From: Octopus sinensis
Lineage: Eukaryota
Reading direction: 5' to 3'
Length of the DNA: 44,994 nucleotides
Assembly: GCF_006345805.1 (NCBI RefSeq)
Contig: NW_021834701.1
Location: 1-44,994 of the forward strand
The notes beneath the pieces were generated by a model that saw nothing but the letters and a program-made list of their open reading frames with translations, searched no databases and had not been told where the DNA came from. Positions within the stretch are counted from its first letter, which is position 1, and each line of letters opens with the position of its first letter. This document shows, one piece after another, positions 11,069-22,639 of this stretch. A program made the translations under genes and the position numbers.

Positions 11069-11810
11069 GGCGCCGTAGCTGTGTGGTAAGAAGTTTGCTT
11101 CCCGACTGCATGTTTTGGGGTTCGGTTTCAATGTGTGGCACCTTTGGCATGTGCCTTCCATTATAGCCTCGGACTCTCCAAAGCTTTGTGACCGGATTTG
11201 ATACACGGAATTGGAAAGAAGCGTCATATATATATATATATACATACATATAATATATAATATATATATATATACATATATATATATAATATATATAATA
11301 TATATACATGTATATATATATATATATACATGTATATATATTATATACATATATATATATTACATATATATATATATATATAATATATATATATATATAT
11401 ACATATATATATACATATATATATACATATATATATAATATATATATATACATGTATATATAATTATATATATATACATATATATAATATATATATATAT
11501 ATATTTTACACACACATATATATATTATATACTTTACTATATATATTTTATATATATATATACATATATAATATAATATAATATATATATATTATATACA
11601 TATTATATATATATAATATATATATATATATTATATATATATATGATGTATATATATATATATATTATTATATATATATTTTATTATATATATATATTAT
11701 ATATATATATATATATCTTATATATATATTATATATATATTACATATATATATATATACTTTGCATATATATATATATATATATACTTTGCATATATATA
11801 TATATATAAA
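11069..11810 (+). mobile_element. SINE 5' half (11069-11226) running into a ~580-bp (TA)-rich microsatellite
   Basis: SINE head and GGCACCTTTGGCATGTG box followed by TA repeats. Confidence 0.75.
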
Positions 11811-12057
11811 GCTACCATTGGCATCAATATCACAAAGGTGGTAAAATATCCTACTGCCTTACCTGTTTTCCAAAATGGAAGCGAATACCTCAATTTATAT
11901 GATAGGCTTGAACAATTGTTAAGACACTAGGATATTTTTCTACTTTACCTAACATGAAACCGATGGCAGCCTTAATTCACGAATAAAGAAAATATATATT
12001 AACGAATACGGTGCTGAGCACTCATTCCATCGTTAGACATTTACGTCTGTGTGTATA

Positions 12058-12222
12058 TATTGCTCTTTTACTTGTTTCAGTCATTTGACTGCGGCCATGC
12101 TGGAGCACCGCCTTTAATCGAGCAACTCGACCCTGGGACTTATTCTTTTGTAAGCCCAGTACTTATTCTATCGGTCTCTTTTGCCGAACCGCTAAGTGAC
12201 GGGGACATAAACACACCAGCAT
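12058..12222 (-). mobile_element. SINE 3' half
   Basis: TTTCAGTCATTTGACTGCGGCCATGCTGGAGCACCGCC...CCGAACCGCTAAGTGACGGGGAC. Confidence 0.85.
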
Positions 12223-12318
12223 TATATATATATAATGCAATATATGTGTATATATACATATATATTACATTATATATATATATATATATATATTCCCTAA
12301 ATATTATTATATTATTAT

Positions 12319-12368
<50 letters not shown>

Positions 12369-13251
12369 CATTGGTAAGAAAAGCTCTTGGACAACCAAGC
12401 CGCCTTCAATCCCGCAACCAATCAGCATCGCCGACCAATCAGGAGCAGCCAGCGTGTCCAATGTGACCAGATAACGATCACGTGCATCGTCTGGGCAAGG
12501 TCAGCAGGCTTGGGAAATGGCTGCCACATGAATTGATTGAAGCGAAAAAACAAGCAGGCGTCAGTGTCTGCTCTGGTGAAGCCGAAGATTCGATTGGTTG
12601 GAGTCAGTAATCACTAGGGATGAAAAGTGGGTTCTGTGCTCCAAGGTGAGGTGCAGACGATGCTGGGTGTAGCAAAGGTCAACAGGCAAAACCTTCGCCA
12701 AAAGGACCGCTTGTGGGAAAAGGTTATGATCACAGTTTGGTGGGATTGCCAAGGTGTGATCATGTTGGATCTTCTCCTACACGATACCACCGTTGACAAG
12801 GATGTCTACTGCGAACAAATCGACCGTCTAAAGATCGAACTGTCCAGAAAAGGCTCAAATTTGAAGATAACCTACCACCGAGACAACGCGCCAGCACATC
12901 GTGCAAAGACGACATCAGAGAAGCTGAAGGATGCGGGCCGAGAGATTATGGTGCACCCACCGTATTCTCCTGAGCTTGCCCCTTCTGACTGCCACTTATT
13001 CCCTGCCTTGCAACACGCGATTGGCGATACAGAGTTTGAAAACTAAGAAGAATTGAAATCGATCCTTTACGAATTTATTGATTCCAAACCTCGTGATTTC
13101 TGCATGATACGATTCAAAACTTTACCTGAAAGATGGCAAAAGGTGATCGATAACGAGGGTGATTACCTTTTGGATCGATTGCTCTTTGTTGTTGTTTTTT
13201 AATTAATAAAGTGATATGTTAAAAGTGTCCAAGAACTTTCTTACCAAACTG
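12369..13251 (+). mobile_element. Internally deleted mariner (D,D34D) transposon with TIRs, in TA repeats
   Basis: TIRs TTGGTAAGAAAAGCTCTTGGACA / TGTCCAAGAACTTTCTTACCAA; transposase motifs RDEKW, VWWD, HRDNAPAH, HPPYSPELAPSD, RWQKVIDNEGDY; stop at 13044; no N-terminal HTH region. Confidence 0.92.
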
Positions 13252-13281
13252 ATATATATATATGTGTATATAAATATATAT

Positions 13282-13367
13282 AACGTAAAGTATACTAGCC
13301 ATCTCAATATGGCTAACCACTAAGGGTGGGTGGTTAGCCATATTGAGATGGCTAGTAACTTTACGTT
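13282..13367. repeat. 86-nt hairpin, ~38-bp arms, 9-nt loop
   Basis: AACGTAAAGTATACTAGCCATCTCAATATGGCTAACCAC / GTGGTTAGCCATATTGAGATGGCTAGTAACTTTACGTT. Confidence 0.9.
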
Positions 13368-13416
13368 GTCGAGCGGTTACTGTTTACATCTCGTTCAGAG
13401 ATTTATTATTGCTTAA

Positions 13417-13450
<34 letters not shown>

Positions 13451-13477
13451 TATATATATATTATATTCTTTACTACC

Positions 13478-13691
13478 CACAAGGGGCTAAACACAGACGG
13501 GAGAAACAAGGACAGACGAACGGATTAAGTCGATTATATCGACCCCAGTGTGTAACTGGTACTTAATTTATCGACCCCGAAAGGATGAAAGGCAAAGTCG
13601 ACCTCGGCGGAATTTGAACTCGGAACGTGACGACAGACGAAATAAAGCTACGCATTTCGCCCGGCGTGCTAACGTTTCTGCCAGCTCGCCG
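13478..13691 (-). mobile_element. Second tRNA-derived SINE family (GCCGAGGTCGACTTTGCC core)
   Basis: Head GGCGAGCTGGCAG, B box GAGTTCAAATTCC, core CTTTCATCCTTTCGGGGTCGATAAATTAAGTACC. Related partial copies at ~21975-22105, 26655-26765, 43026-43170, 43440-43555 and 44685-44820. Confidence 0.8.
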
Positions 13692-13697
13692 CCTTTT

Positions 13698-13750
<53 letters not shown>

Positions 13751-13815
13751 GTATATATACATATATATATATATGTATATATATATAAATACATATATAT
13801 ATATGTATATATATA

Positions 13816-13957
13816 TGATGGGCTTCTTTCATTTTCCGTCTCCCAAATCCACTCCTAAGGCTGTAGTCGGTCCAAAGATATAGCGTATGGTGTCACGCAG
13901 TGAGACTGAACCCAGATCTATGTGGTCGGAAAGCAAACTTCTTACCACACATCCATG
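13816..13957 (-). mobile_element. SINE 5' half
   Basis: GGGCTTCTTTCA..CCGTCTCCCAAATCCACTC...CTTACCACAC. Confidence 0.7.
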
Positions 13958-14076
13958 CTTCTGTGTGTGTGTGTATGTGTGTGTGTTTGCGTGTGTGTGT
14001 GTACACCAGAGTAAGCACATAAATGTGAGACAAGGTGGGAGGCATAGTACTCAAATACCGGGGGTAGAGTAATATG

Positions 14077-14198
14077 CTTTATTAAAAAGCAGCAAAAATA
14101 TCATAAAAAAAACTGTTGCTCAGGGTTTCACGTTCCTGTTCGTCAGACAAAACTCTGAGTAACTGGTTTTGTGATATCTTTGCTGCTTTTTAATAAAG
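14077..14198. repeat. Imperfect foldback whose apex is a degenerate minus-strand hammerhead core
   Basis: Arms CTTTATTAAAAAGCAGCAAA / TTTGCTGCTTTTTAATAAAG; the minus strand across the loop reads UUGU-CUGACGA-ACAGGAACGU-GAAAC-CCUGAGCA-ACAG. Confidence 0.65.
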
Positions 14199-14574
14199 TG
14201 CGTATATCTATCTATCTATCTGTCTGTCTTTCTGTATGTATGTATGTATATACTTATATATACACGTATGCATATATATAGTGTTTGTGTGTATGTAACT
14301 GTATATAAATGTATATATATATATGTACCTATCAGTATATAATCATATATATATATGGCGGGGGGGTAAAAGGCAGGATTGTCATAGCTGAAAAATCTTC
14401 AATCATAGGTCTATTCGACCAGGGCTGACCTGTGGTTAAACAACAACAACAAAAACAACAAGGAAGGACACTTTAAATAGCGCAGTCCAACATACACTAT
14501 GTCTGAATGAAAGATAGGACTGTCACATCTGGAATGTCTTTGATCTGCTGGATGCAGCGATCTGACCTTATGCT

Positions 14575-15030
14575 CTACAACTCTACTCCACTCCAACCTA
14601 CTTCACTCCAAAGCCATGTTCCCACACTTCATCTCTGTTCCACTATTTCAAGTGCACACTCCTACTCCACTCGACAGCATTCTGCTGCAGTGATCGGTTC
14701 CACTCCACTTTACTCACACTCTGTTCACTTCACTCACGCTCCACTCCACTCTACTCAGACTCTCACTCCACTTTACTCACACATTCACTGCACTTCACTT
14801 TATACACACTCCACTCCACTTACGCTCTCACTGCACTTCACTTTATACCCCCCCACTTGACTCACACTCCACCCCACTTTACTCACACTCCACTCCACTT
14901 TACTCACACCGCAATCCATATTGCTAACACGCTCTCCACTCACTCTCCACTCCACCGAAACTCCAATGCATCACACGCCCCCCCCCCACTCCACCAGCCC
15001 TCCACTCCGCTCGATCTCTGCTCTACTTCA
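14575..15030. repeat. Degenerate (ACTCC/ACTCAC)n pyrimidine-rich repeat in the presumptive TLR 3' UTR
   Basis: Directly visible CACTCCACTTTACTCACAC units. Confidence 0.75.
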
Positions 15031-15083
15031 TCACCTCTAAATCACCTAAGTTAACCTCTACTCCATAGTACTGTTCTTCTATC

Positions 15084-18000
15084 TTACATGCATGAGGTAT
15101 ACTCAGCCAGGACAGAGTTCTGTATGATAGCCGTCTCCTCGTCCACTGACGCCTCGTGTTCGTTAAGCTCTTGCCCACGGCAGGGACCCGGCTTCGGCAG
15201 TTCATATTGCAGCCTGTGCCAGAAGCAACGGCCCCGGGCAGTCAGGTACTCCCGGCGCTGCACCCGGCGTTTGATCTCATCATCCAGCGTCGAGATGTCC
15301 ACGTCACCGAAAAACACCAACACAACCCGATGCCGTTGCTGCTGCTGATGATGACGACGATGGTGATGATGATGATGATGGCGATAGTGGTGGCTGGGGG
15401 CATGATGACGATGATAACGATTGTGATGATGCTGATGAGGTTGGAGGCTATGAGGGTGATCCTGATGATGATAATGGTGATGCTGTTGTTGTTGTTGTAA
15501 GGGGAGCTGGTGTCGGTGGTGACTTACCCCTCCTTCCTCTTCGTCGACTTCTCCTTGCTCTCCTCTCCCTCGCTCTCCTCCGAACCTGCTCCCATGGCTG
15601 CCGTCGTCGTCATCGTCACCATCGTATACCCCTCCACTGCTTCCACCCACACCCATCAAAATCTGGCCCTTAGAGAGAGCAACGGCGACCCTTAGTGCCG
15701 CCATGCATGACGGGCTGGAGCCAGTGCCGCGGGACACGATAACCATTGTGCAGCGACACTGGCTGATGGCAGCAGCGAGGTTACCGGTGGGGCTGGTGGC
15801 GGTGGCGGCGGCGTTGTTGTTGTTGTTGTTGTTGTAGTTCGTAGTAGTAACTGTGGTGGCGTTGGTGGTGGCGCTGATGGCTGCAGGAAGGTCTGTGTTG
15901 TTGGAGGTGGTGGCGGTGGCACCTGTGGGAACAGTGGCATTGCTTGTGTCGTTACCGTAGTTGCTCTCCTTGGCGGCGGCGGCGGTGTTGGTGTTGGTGT
16001 TGGTGGTGGTGGTGGTGTCAGCAACGGAGTCAGCGGCGGCGGCGGCGGCGGCGCGGTGCAAACGCTGCGGGGAGGCGTTGTGGCAGCGTTTCCGGCCCTG
16101 GATCTACCCCTGATGATGGTGATGGCGTTGCGGTCTGGATAGAAAATCTTGAAAGCGTGCTTCCCGCTGTACTCGAGCCTGGGTAGCAAGGTCGATTCAA
16201 TCCATTTGCGGCAGTCCTCATCTCGCCGATCATAAACGAGAAAGATATCGAATGGCCTGCACGATCGATCTCTGTACCGACAACACTGCAACCCCAGCTT
16301 GACATAGATGCAGGCCACACATTCACGGCGATATCTTACGAAGAAAGCTAAACAAAATGCTAATATAATCACAGACATTATGAGGCCAATCACAACGATT
16401 TTCCTGGTTAAGGACGGCTGACACTTAAATGCAGACGGACGTTGGTCAACAACGATCTTGTGGTTACACCGTATGTCTCTCCTGTTACGCACAATTGTGT
16501 AATTGTAATTAAGCCAATGGTAGAACTGTTGATTGTCGCAAGCGCACTGCCATGGGTTTCGCTCCAGCTGGATTGACCGTAAGGTTCTAATATGGCTGAA
16601 TTCAGCCAGGGTATGTGCCTCGATCACACGGAACTTGTTACCGCTAAGATCAAGGTGTCTTAGGGATCGTAAACCATGGAATACATTTTCGTCAAAATGA
16701 TTCATGCTGTTATCGTTGAGGTAAAGTTCTCTGAGAAGGACGAGGTTTCCAAAGACAAACGCCGGTAAAGTCAACATCGAATTTTTGTTGAGTCGGAGGA
16801 CCCGCAGTTCTGGGAACCTCTTGAGGAAGTCCTCGCCGATGGAGCTGATTTGACTAGCGTTCAAGTACAGCTCTTGCGTCTGCATTCGTTTGCGTTCGGA
16901 CAAACTGGTCAGTTGACCGAGGGATGAGAAATCATTGCCATCCAGATACAGTTGGACCGTGCTGGATGCTATGACATCAGGCAAAGTGGTCAGTCTTCGA
17001 GAACAGAGCGTCCGCAGCGGTGAACCAGCCTCTTTACCTGCGAAGCAGTCACACTTCGTGCTGCATTCTATTTTTGATATGCAGAGGAATTCGTTTATGC
17101 TTGTAGTGAGAATGGGTTTCCGGTCGGGGCTGTGCTCAAATGTGCATTCTTCTACATGATACGTAGATTCAGAAAGTTTCTCCATTGCAAAACTTCGCTT
17201 CTGCTGCTGCCGTTGTTGTTGCTGTTGTTGTTGTTGCTCTTTAAGCCAACGCATTTCACATGAACAAACGATTGGGTTGCCATGTAGGAGTACAGACAAC
17301 CCCGAGGACATCACGACAAACGGTTTGAAACGAGTGAGGAAATTATCCCGCAAAGAGATGGCGGTCAGGTTCTCCAGGTTGTTGAAAGCAAACGGAATAA
17401 TTTCGGTTATGTTGCAACTGTCAAGAGAAAGCTTTCGGATGGCACCTCGTACAGGGTAAGTGGGTGGAAAGAGATAATCCCCTATCGATTTTATAGGATT
17501 GTGTGATATATTGAGATATTGCACACGCTGTAAGGCGGGGTATCTGAAAATGTCCGAGAGACGATGGATGTTGTTGTAGGCGAGGTTTATGGATGCTAAA
17601 CTTTCCAAGCCTTGAAAAACATTTTCTTCAAAATCAATATTTAATTTATTGTGGTCAAGCGAGAGGGTTTTTAGGTTAGATAAGCTAGAAAAGGCTCCAG
17701 GAATGGCCTCTTCAATGTGGTTGTGTCCTACTTGTAAATGTTCGAGGCGCCCCATATCATGAAACGCCTGGAAATGCAGTTTTCTTATGTAGTTCCATCT
17801 CATGTCAAGATGCTGTATCGATGTGTTCTTCAGACCGGCTGGAACTACTTGTAAAGAATTCCTGCTCAAGTTCAGAGTAAACGGGCATTGGGGGAAGGCC
17901 TGGTTTTCAATAGTTACAAGGTCGTTTTCGGATAAATCTAGTATTTGTAAATCAGCGAGGTCTTCAAATGCCCCACGTGACAACAGTGATATCATGTTTG

Positions 18001-19732
18001 CCCTAAGATTCAGTTCTTTCAATCTGGACAGTTTTCTGAATACCAAACGGTTAAAGAAACTGAGGAAGTTATGGGAAAGATCTAGATGCTCTAAGTTCTG
18101 AAGGTGAGCAAAGCTGTTGTTGCCCAGTGATGTGATAACATTAGAACTGAGGTCTAAAACCGTTAAAGACCCTAAATGCTGAAAGATAACATTGAAGTTC
18201 AATCCGTCCTCGAGACGGTTGCGACTCAAATTGAGGGACTGCAAAGCTGGGAACAAAGAAATGCTGTTCTTTTCGATGAGTTTGATTTTGTTCTGTGAGA
18301 GATCAAGTTGTTTTAGCAAAGGAAAGGCACTAAACATAGACGGAGTTAGGGACCTTAAATCGTTGGCGCTGAGGTTGAGGAGTTGCAGAGACGAAAGGTT
18401 GAGATGTTGTGGGATGTGATTAATGATGTTCGAAGATAAATCCAGATGCAGGAGTCTGGTGCAGTTGATCAGTGGTAAAGCGTGTAGGACGAAGATACGG
18501 TTGGATGAGATGTAAAGGTGACGAAGGGCTTCAAGTCCCTGGCATAACCGAGCTGGTAACTCGGACAAACGATTGAAAGAGAGATCTAAGGTCCTCAAGA
18601 CACGGCTGTTTTGGAAGGCAGACGAATGTATATGGTTAATAGCATTACTGGAGAGATTGAGGAATATGAGAGACGATGCAAGTGTCGTTAAGGCCTCAGT
18701 AGACAGAGTTTCGATGCTGTTCTGACTAATGTCAATGTAACGGATTGGTGGCGACACCCGGTGGCACAAAAATGCAATTGATGGATACCCGGACAAGTGA
18801 AGGTTACTTAAGTCTAAGTAAGTCAAGTTTTTCAGACCACAAAACACTCCATCCGGTAGTATATCAATAGGATTGTGAGAGAGAGAAATGTATTTTAAAT
18901 TGGCTAAGCCGACAAAAAACTTGCGGGGTACAGCTCTGATGCTATTTGAACCCAAATCCACTGCAGCCAATGATTTCAAGTGATGCAACGATATCGACGT
19001 CAAATCAGTCACCTGACAAAAAATAAAATTCTGGGGTTGCACTGGTTTGTGGCTGGGTGAAAATTCAACATTTTTCTTAAGGACTGTTTGAGACCTACTT
19101 TCAAGCTGCTGGTTCTTATCACTCCATGGTTCCGACTGGTGACCATCCTGTAGATGTGGACGACTGCTTGCTGCTAAACCAATCCTGGATCCACCATCAG
19201 GCTGTAATTCTAAATCTATATCCATATCCAGCACATCTAGTGACCTTGTGTTGGGTTTTTGTTCATTGTTCACTGTCGGGGTTAATTCAAGGGGCCCGTC
19301 GGAGACATAGGCATTGTTTAAAACAGAAAAAATAGGATTTCCAAATTTGCATAGGCACTTGGACCGGTGAGGGTTGGACCGTGTAGGATTGTTTCTGCAG
19401 TGGATATATATGTAGGAGATATTAGAAGGTGAGGGTTGCCCCTGGGGGGTGGCACTAGGGGTACTGGTTGGGAAAGGCTGGTCAGAGGCACAAATCGAGA
19501 CGTTGGCGTTAATATCGTACAAACACTCGCTGGCAGGTTGGTAGCGGAAAGATAAAACGGTTCGAGCTGCACCGGACAACCGGAAAGGGAAGCTGCGGTT
19601 TCGCTGCTCCTGTGCGTGTGAGATGCAGATGAGGGCAAAGGTGATGAGGAAGACGAAACCAGCGACTGAGATGGTGTTTGTTGAAGTAGGAGTAGCGAGA
19701 GTGGTATGAGTGATAGCGGGAGTGGAAACCAT
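15084..19732 (-). CDS. Toll-like receptor, multiple-cysteine-cluster (protostome-type), single coding exon, one apparent 1-nt frameshift at 16053
   Basis: ORF 15692..19759 gives a signal-like hydrophobic stretch (VAGFVFLITFALICISHA), ~23 LRRs, LRRCT (NPIVCSC), LRRNT (CSTKCDC), ~5 LRRs, LRRCT (NPWQCAC), TM helix (IVVIGLIMSVIILAFCLAFFV) and TIR box 1 (FDIFLVYD). ORF 15084..16061 supplies the rest of the TIR (NLAAAISQCRCTMVIVS; VVLVFFGD; FWHRLQYELP). The track start at 19759 is TTG; the first ATG is at 19732 (AGGATGG context). 19732-15084 is 4649 nt, +1 = 1550 codons. Confidence 0.92.
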
Positions 19733-19834
19733 CCTTGGTTCAATATTTTTGTATGCCAACTAAGGGTGTATGTGTTTGTGTGTGTGTGTGTATGCGTCAC
19801 TCGACGAAGCAGATTGAGGCAGATTTCTGGAAAT

Positions 19835-20056
19835 ATAATAATAATAATATAATAATAATAATAATATTAACAATACTAATTAATAATAATAATAATGATA
19901 ATAATAATAATAATAATAATAATAATATTAATTAATAATACTAATTAATAATAATAATAATAATAATAATGATAATAATAATAATAATAATAATAATATA
20001 TAATAATAATAATATTAATAATACTAATTAATAATAATAATATAATAATAATAATG

Positions 20057-20093
<37 letters not shown>

Positions 20094-20125
20094 TAATAAT
20101 GATAATAATAATAATAAATAATAGT

Positions 20126-20165
<40 letters not shown>

Positions 20166-20188
20166 GTAATAATAATATAATAATAATA

Positions 20189-20219
<31 letters not shown>

Positions 20220-20292
20220 TAATAATGATAATAATAATTAATAATAATAATAACAATAATAGTAATAGTTATAATAATAATAAGAAGAATAA
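19835..20292. repeat. (AAT)n microsatellite, ~450 bp
   Basis: Directly visible. Confidence 0.97.
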
Positions 20293-20294
20293 TT

Positions 20295-21965
20295 GAAAAT
20301 CAGAATTAGATAGGACTTATCTCCCAAGAAAAATAGGTGGAAGAGGCCTGATGCAGCTTGAACAATCCTTTAAATCAGCAATAATAGGCCTTGAAACGTA
20401 CCTTAATACAGCAAGTGATGCACTTTTGCAAACTGCACTGAAGCACGAAGCTTCTGTCACGAAGCTTAGAAATTTTAAAAATCTCTTGGCCTACAAGTTA
20501 ACAGTAAGAATGAGCAAAGACACCGAAATACTGACAGGCCTACCATTACTCATTTTACTCTTTTTACTTGTTTCAGTCATTTGACTGCGGCCATGCTGGA
20601 GCACCGCCTTTTTTAATCGAGCAACTCAACCCCCGGGACTTATTCTTTTTGTAAGCCCAGTACTTATTCTATCGGTCTCTTTTGCCGAACCGCTAAGTGA
20701 CGGGGACATAAAACACACCAGCATCGGTTGTCACGCAATGCTAGGGGGACAAACACAGACACACAAACACACACACACACACACATACATATATATACAT
20801 ATATACGACGGGCTTCTTTCAGTTTCCATCTACCAAATCCACTCACAAGGCTTTGGTCGGCCCGAGGCTATAGTAGAAGACACCTGCCCAAGGTACCACG
20901 CAGTGGGACTGAACCCAGAACCATGTGGTTGGTAAGCAAGCTACTTACCACACAGCCACTCCTGCGCCCATTGCTTCTCTTGATTTAGGAATTAACAATC
21001 TGAAAGACCAACAAGATCCAAATAGTGACAAACCTATCACTGATGCAAAAGAAAAAACACCAAACAAAAGCAAAGAAGGCTTGCATGAATAATATGGAAG
21101 TCAAAACCCCTGGAAAGGCAAAACCCCGCATGGAAAATACCCTAACCACGTGACCAAGCCAGACATTGATCAAAACCAGTGGCTACAAGGGACAGGTCTG
21201 AAAGGGGAAACAGAAGGTTTTGTTATTGCAGCGCAAGAGCAGAGCTTACCTACCAGAAACTAACCATCCTTAAAGATGAATCTGGCCCCTTGTGCAGAAT
21301 TTGTGGAAAATTCACAGAGAAAATTGTGTTGTTTCTGGCTGCCCAGTCCTGGCTGCAAAGAAGTACCTCACAAGACATGACAGACTAGGGAAGTACAACC
21401 ACTGGAATGCTTAAATCCCATGGTAAGTGGTACAGGCACCATCCAGGGGATGTCATAAATGGCGAGGGCATCACCATCCTTTGGCACTTCCCAATACAAA
21501 CACAGAAAAACTGACTCCAATCGACCAGACATTGTGATCAAGGACTATAACAGTGGAACCTGTCTGTTAATAGATATGTCTGTCCCCACCAAGAGCAAAA
21601 TGTCTCAAGAAAGGAATACAAAAAGCTTTCTCAATATAAAGATCTGCAAATTGAAATCATGAAAATGTGGAAGCTAAGTACTACGACAATACCAGTTGTA
21701 ATCGGTGCACTGGGAATCTATAAAGAAGGGAGCTGAGAAGATTATTAAGCATTTCCCTGGTAACTCCAATCTCTGTGAACTACAAAAGGTAACCTTGATG
21801 GGTTCAGCCCATAGACTACGGAAAGCACTCTCTATCTAAAATGGAATAAATGTGGTGATAATTTTAGCATGCATAGCAAAACAGAACTCCCTTGCTACTC
21901 TAGGCCTTCGGAGGAGGCCCGGGGCTAAGGCAGCTGAAATAAAGTTATAATGAAAGGAAACCATA
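20295..21965 (+). mobile_element. 5'-truncated, decayed R4/Dong-like (RLE endonuclease) non-LTR retrotransposon, interrupted by a SINE
   Basis: DRTYLPRKIGGRGL (post-RT), zinc-finger remnant CRICGKFTE...SGCPVLA..KYLTRHD, RPDIVIKD...LIDMSVP endonuclease, IPVVIGALG; many stops and frameshifts. Confidence 0.82.
20548..20969 (-). mobile_element. Full-length SINE nested in the R4/Dong-like LINE
   Basis: Complete head-to-tail SINE; LINE coding remnant on both sides; CCATT at both junctions. Confidence 0.9.
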
Positions 21966-22233
21966 AATAATAGTAATCCTTTCTACTAACGGTGCAAAGC
22001 TTGGATTTTATAGGGAGGGGAACAGTCGATCACATTGACCGCAGAATGCAGCTGGTACTTAATTAATCGACTCCGAAAGGATGAAAGGCAAAGTTGACCT
22101 CGGCCACCGGGACCCAAGACATGGCAGATTTTGTCAAAGAACTAGATACAACACACAAAAAGGTGGGGTTTACATCTATCAAGAGGGAAAGAAGACCCGA
22201 CGACATTAAAGTTATAACAAAATTATATGAAAA

Positions 22234-22538
22234 CAAGCAGTATCGCCCGGCGTTGCTCGGGTGTGTAAGGGAAATAACTATATAAGCATTTTTAGAGAGT
22301 TACTTCCCTTATATAACCCGAGCAAAAATCATTAAAAATGCGGAAAAATGATGGTAATTTTTCTTTTTAAATCGTAGATTCATCGTAGACGCACGCTAAT
22401 ACCCAGAAGGGCTCGATATGAATGACGACTATAAGATACCCGCTTTTGGTTAAACTGAACTCCAAAATGTGGGAGTAGTTAGGAATCTAAATCGGAGGAG
22501 ACAGAGTCTCACACACACAACTTTAGTTTTATATATGA
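22234..22538 (-). mobile_element. Non-autonomous Helitron, single copy
   Basis: 5' TCATATATAAAA; 3' hairpin CCCGAGCAACGCCGGG followed by CTTG (variant of CTAG); same family as 35323-36125. Confidence 0.75.
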
Positions 22539-22639
22539 AAATAAACATGAAAAATAAATATGAATCCCCAAAAGCAGAGAAGTCCAGTGAGGGAAAATTC
22601 CACACAAAATGTTCCAAATTACTCTGCCGACACCAAGCC

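Noticed and set aside
15692-16052. Proline-rich C-terminal tail of the 1355-aa ORF as the native terminus
   Set aside because: It is the off-frame reading of GCC/ACC repeats; the other frame holds the conserved TIR motifs. Retained only as the conditional case in the frameshift finding.
15084-16061. 325-aa ORF as an independent gene
   Set aside because: It starts at TTG and is the in-register continuation of the TLR TIR domain after a 1-nt gap.
19318-19800. Overlapping alternative-frame ORF and its counterpart near 10070-10190
   Set aside because: The similarity follows from nucleotide homology; substitutions are not preferentially synonymous in that frame.
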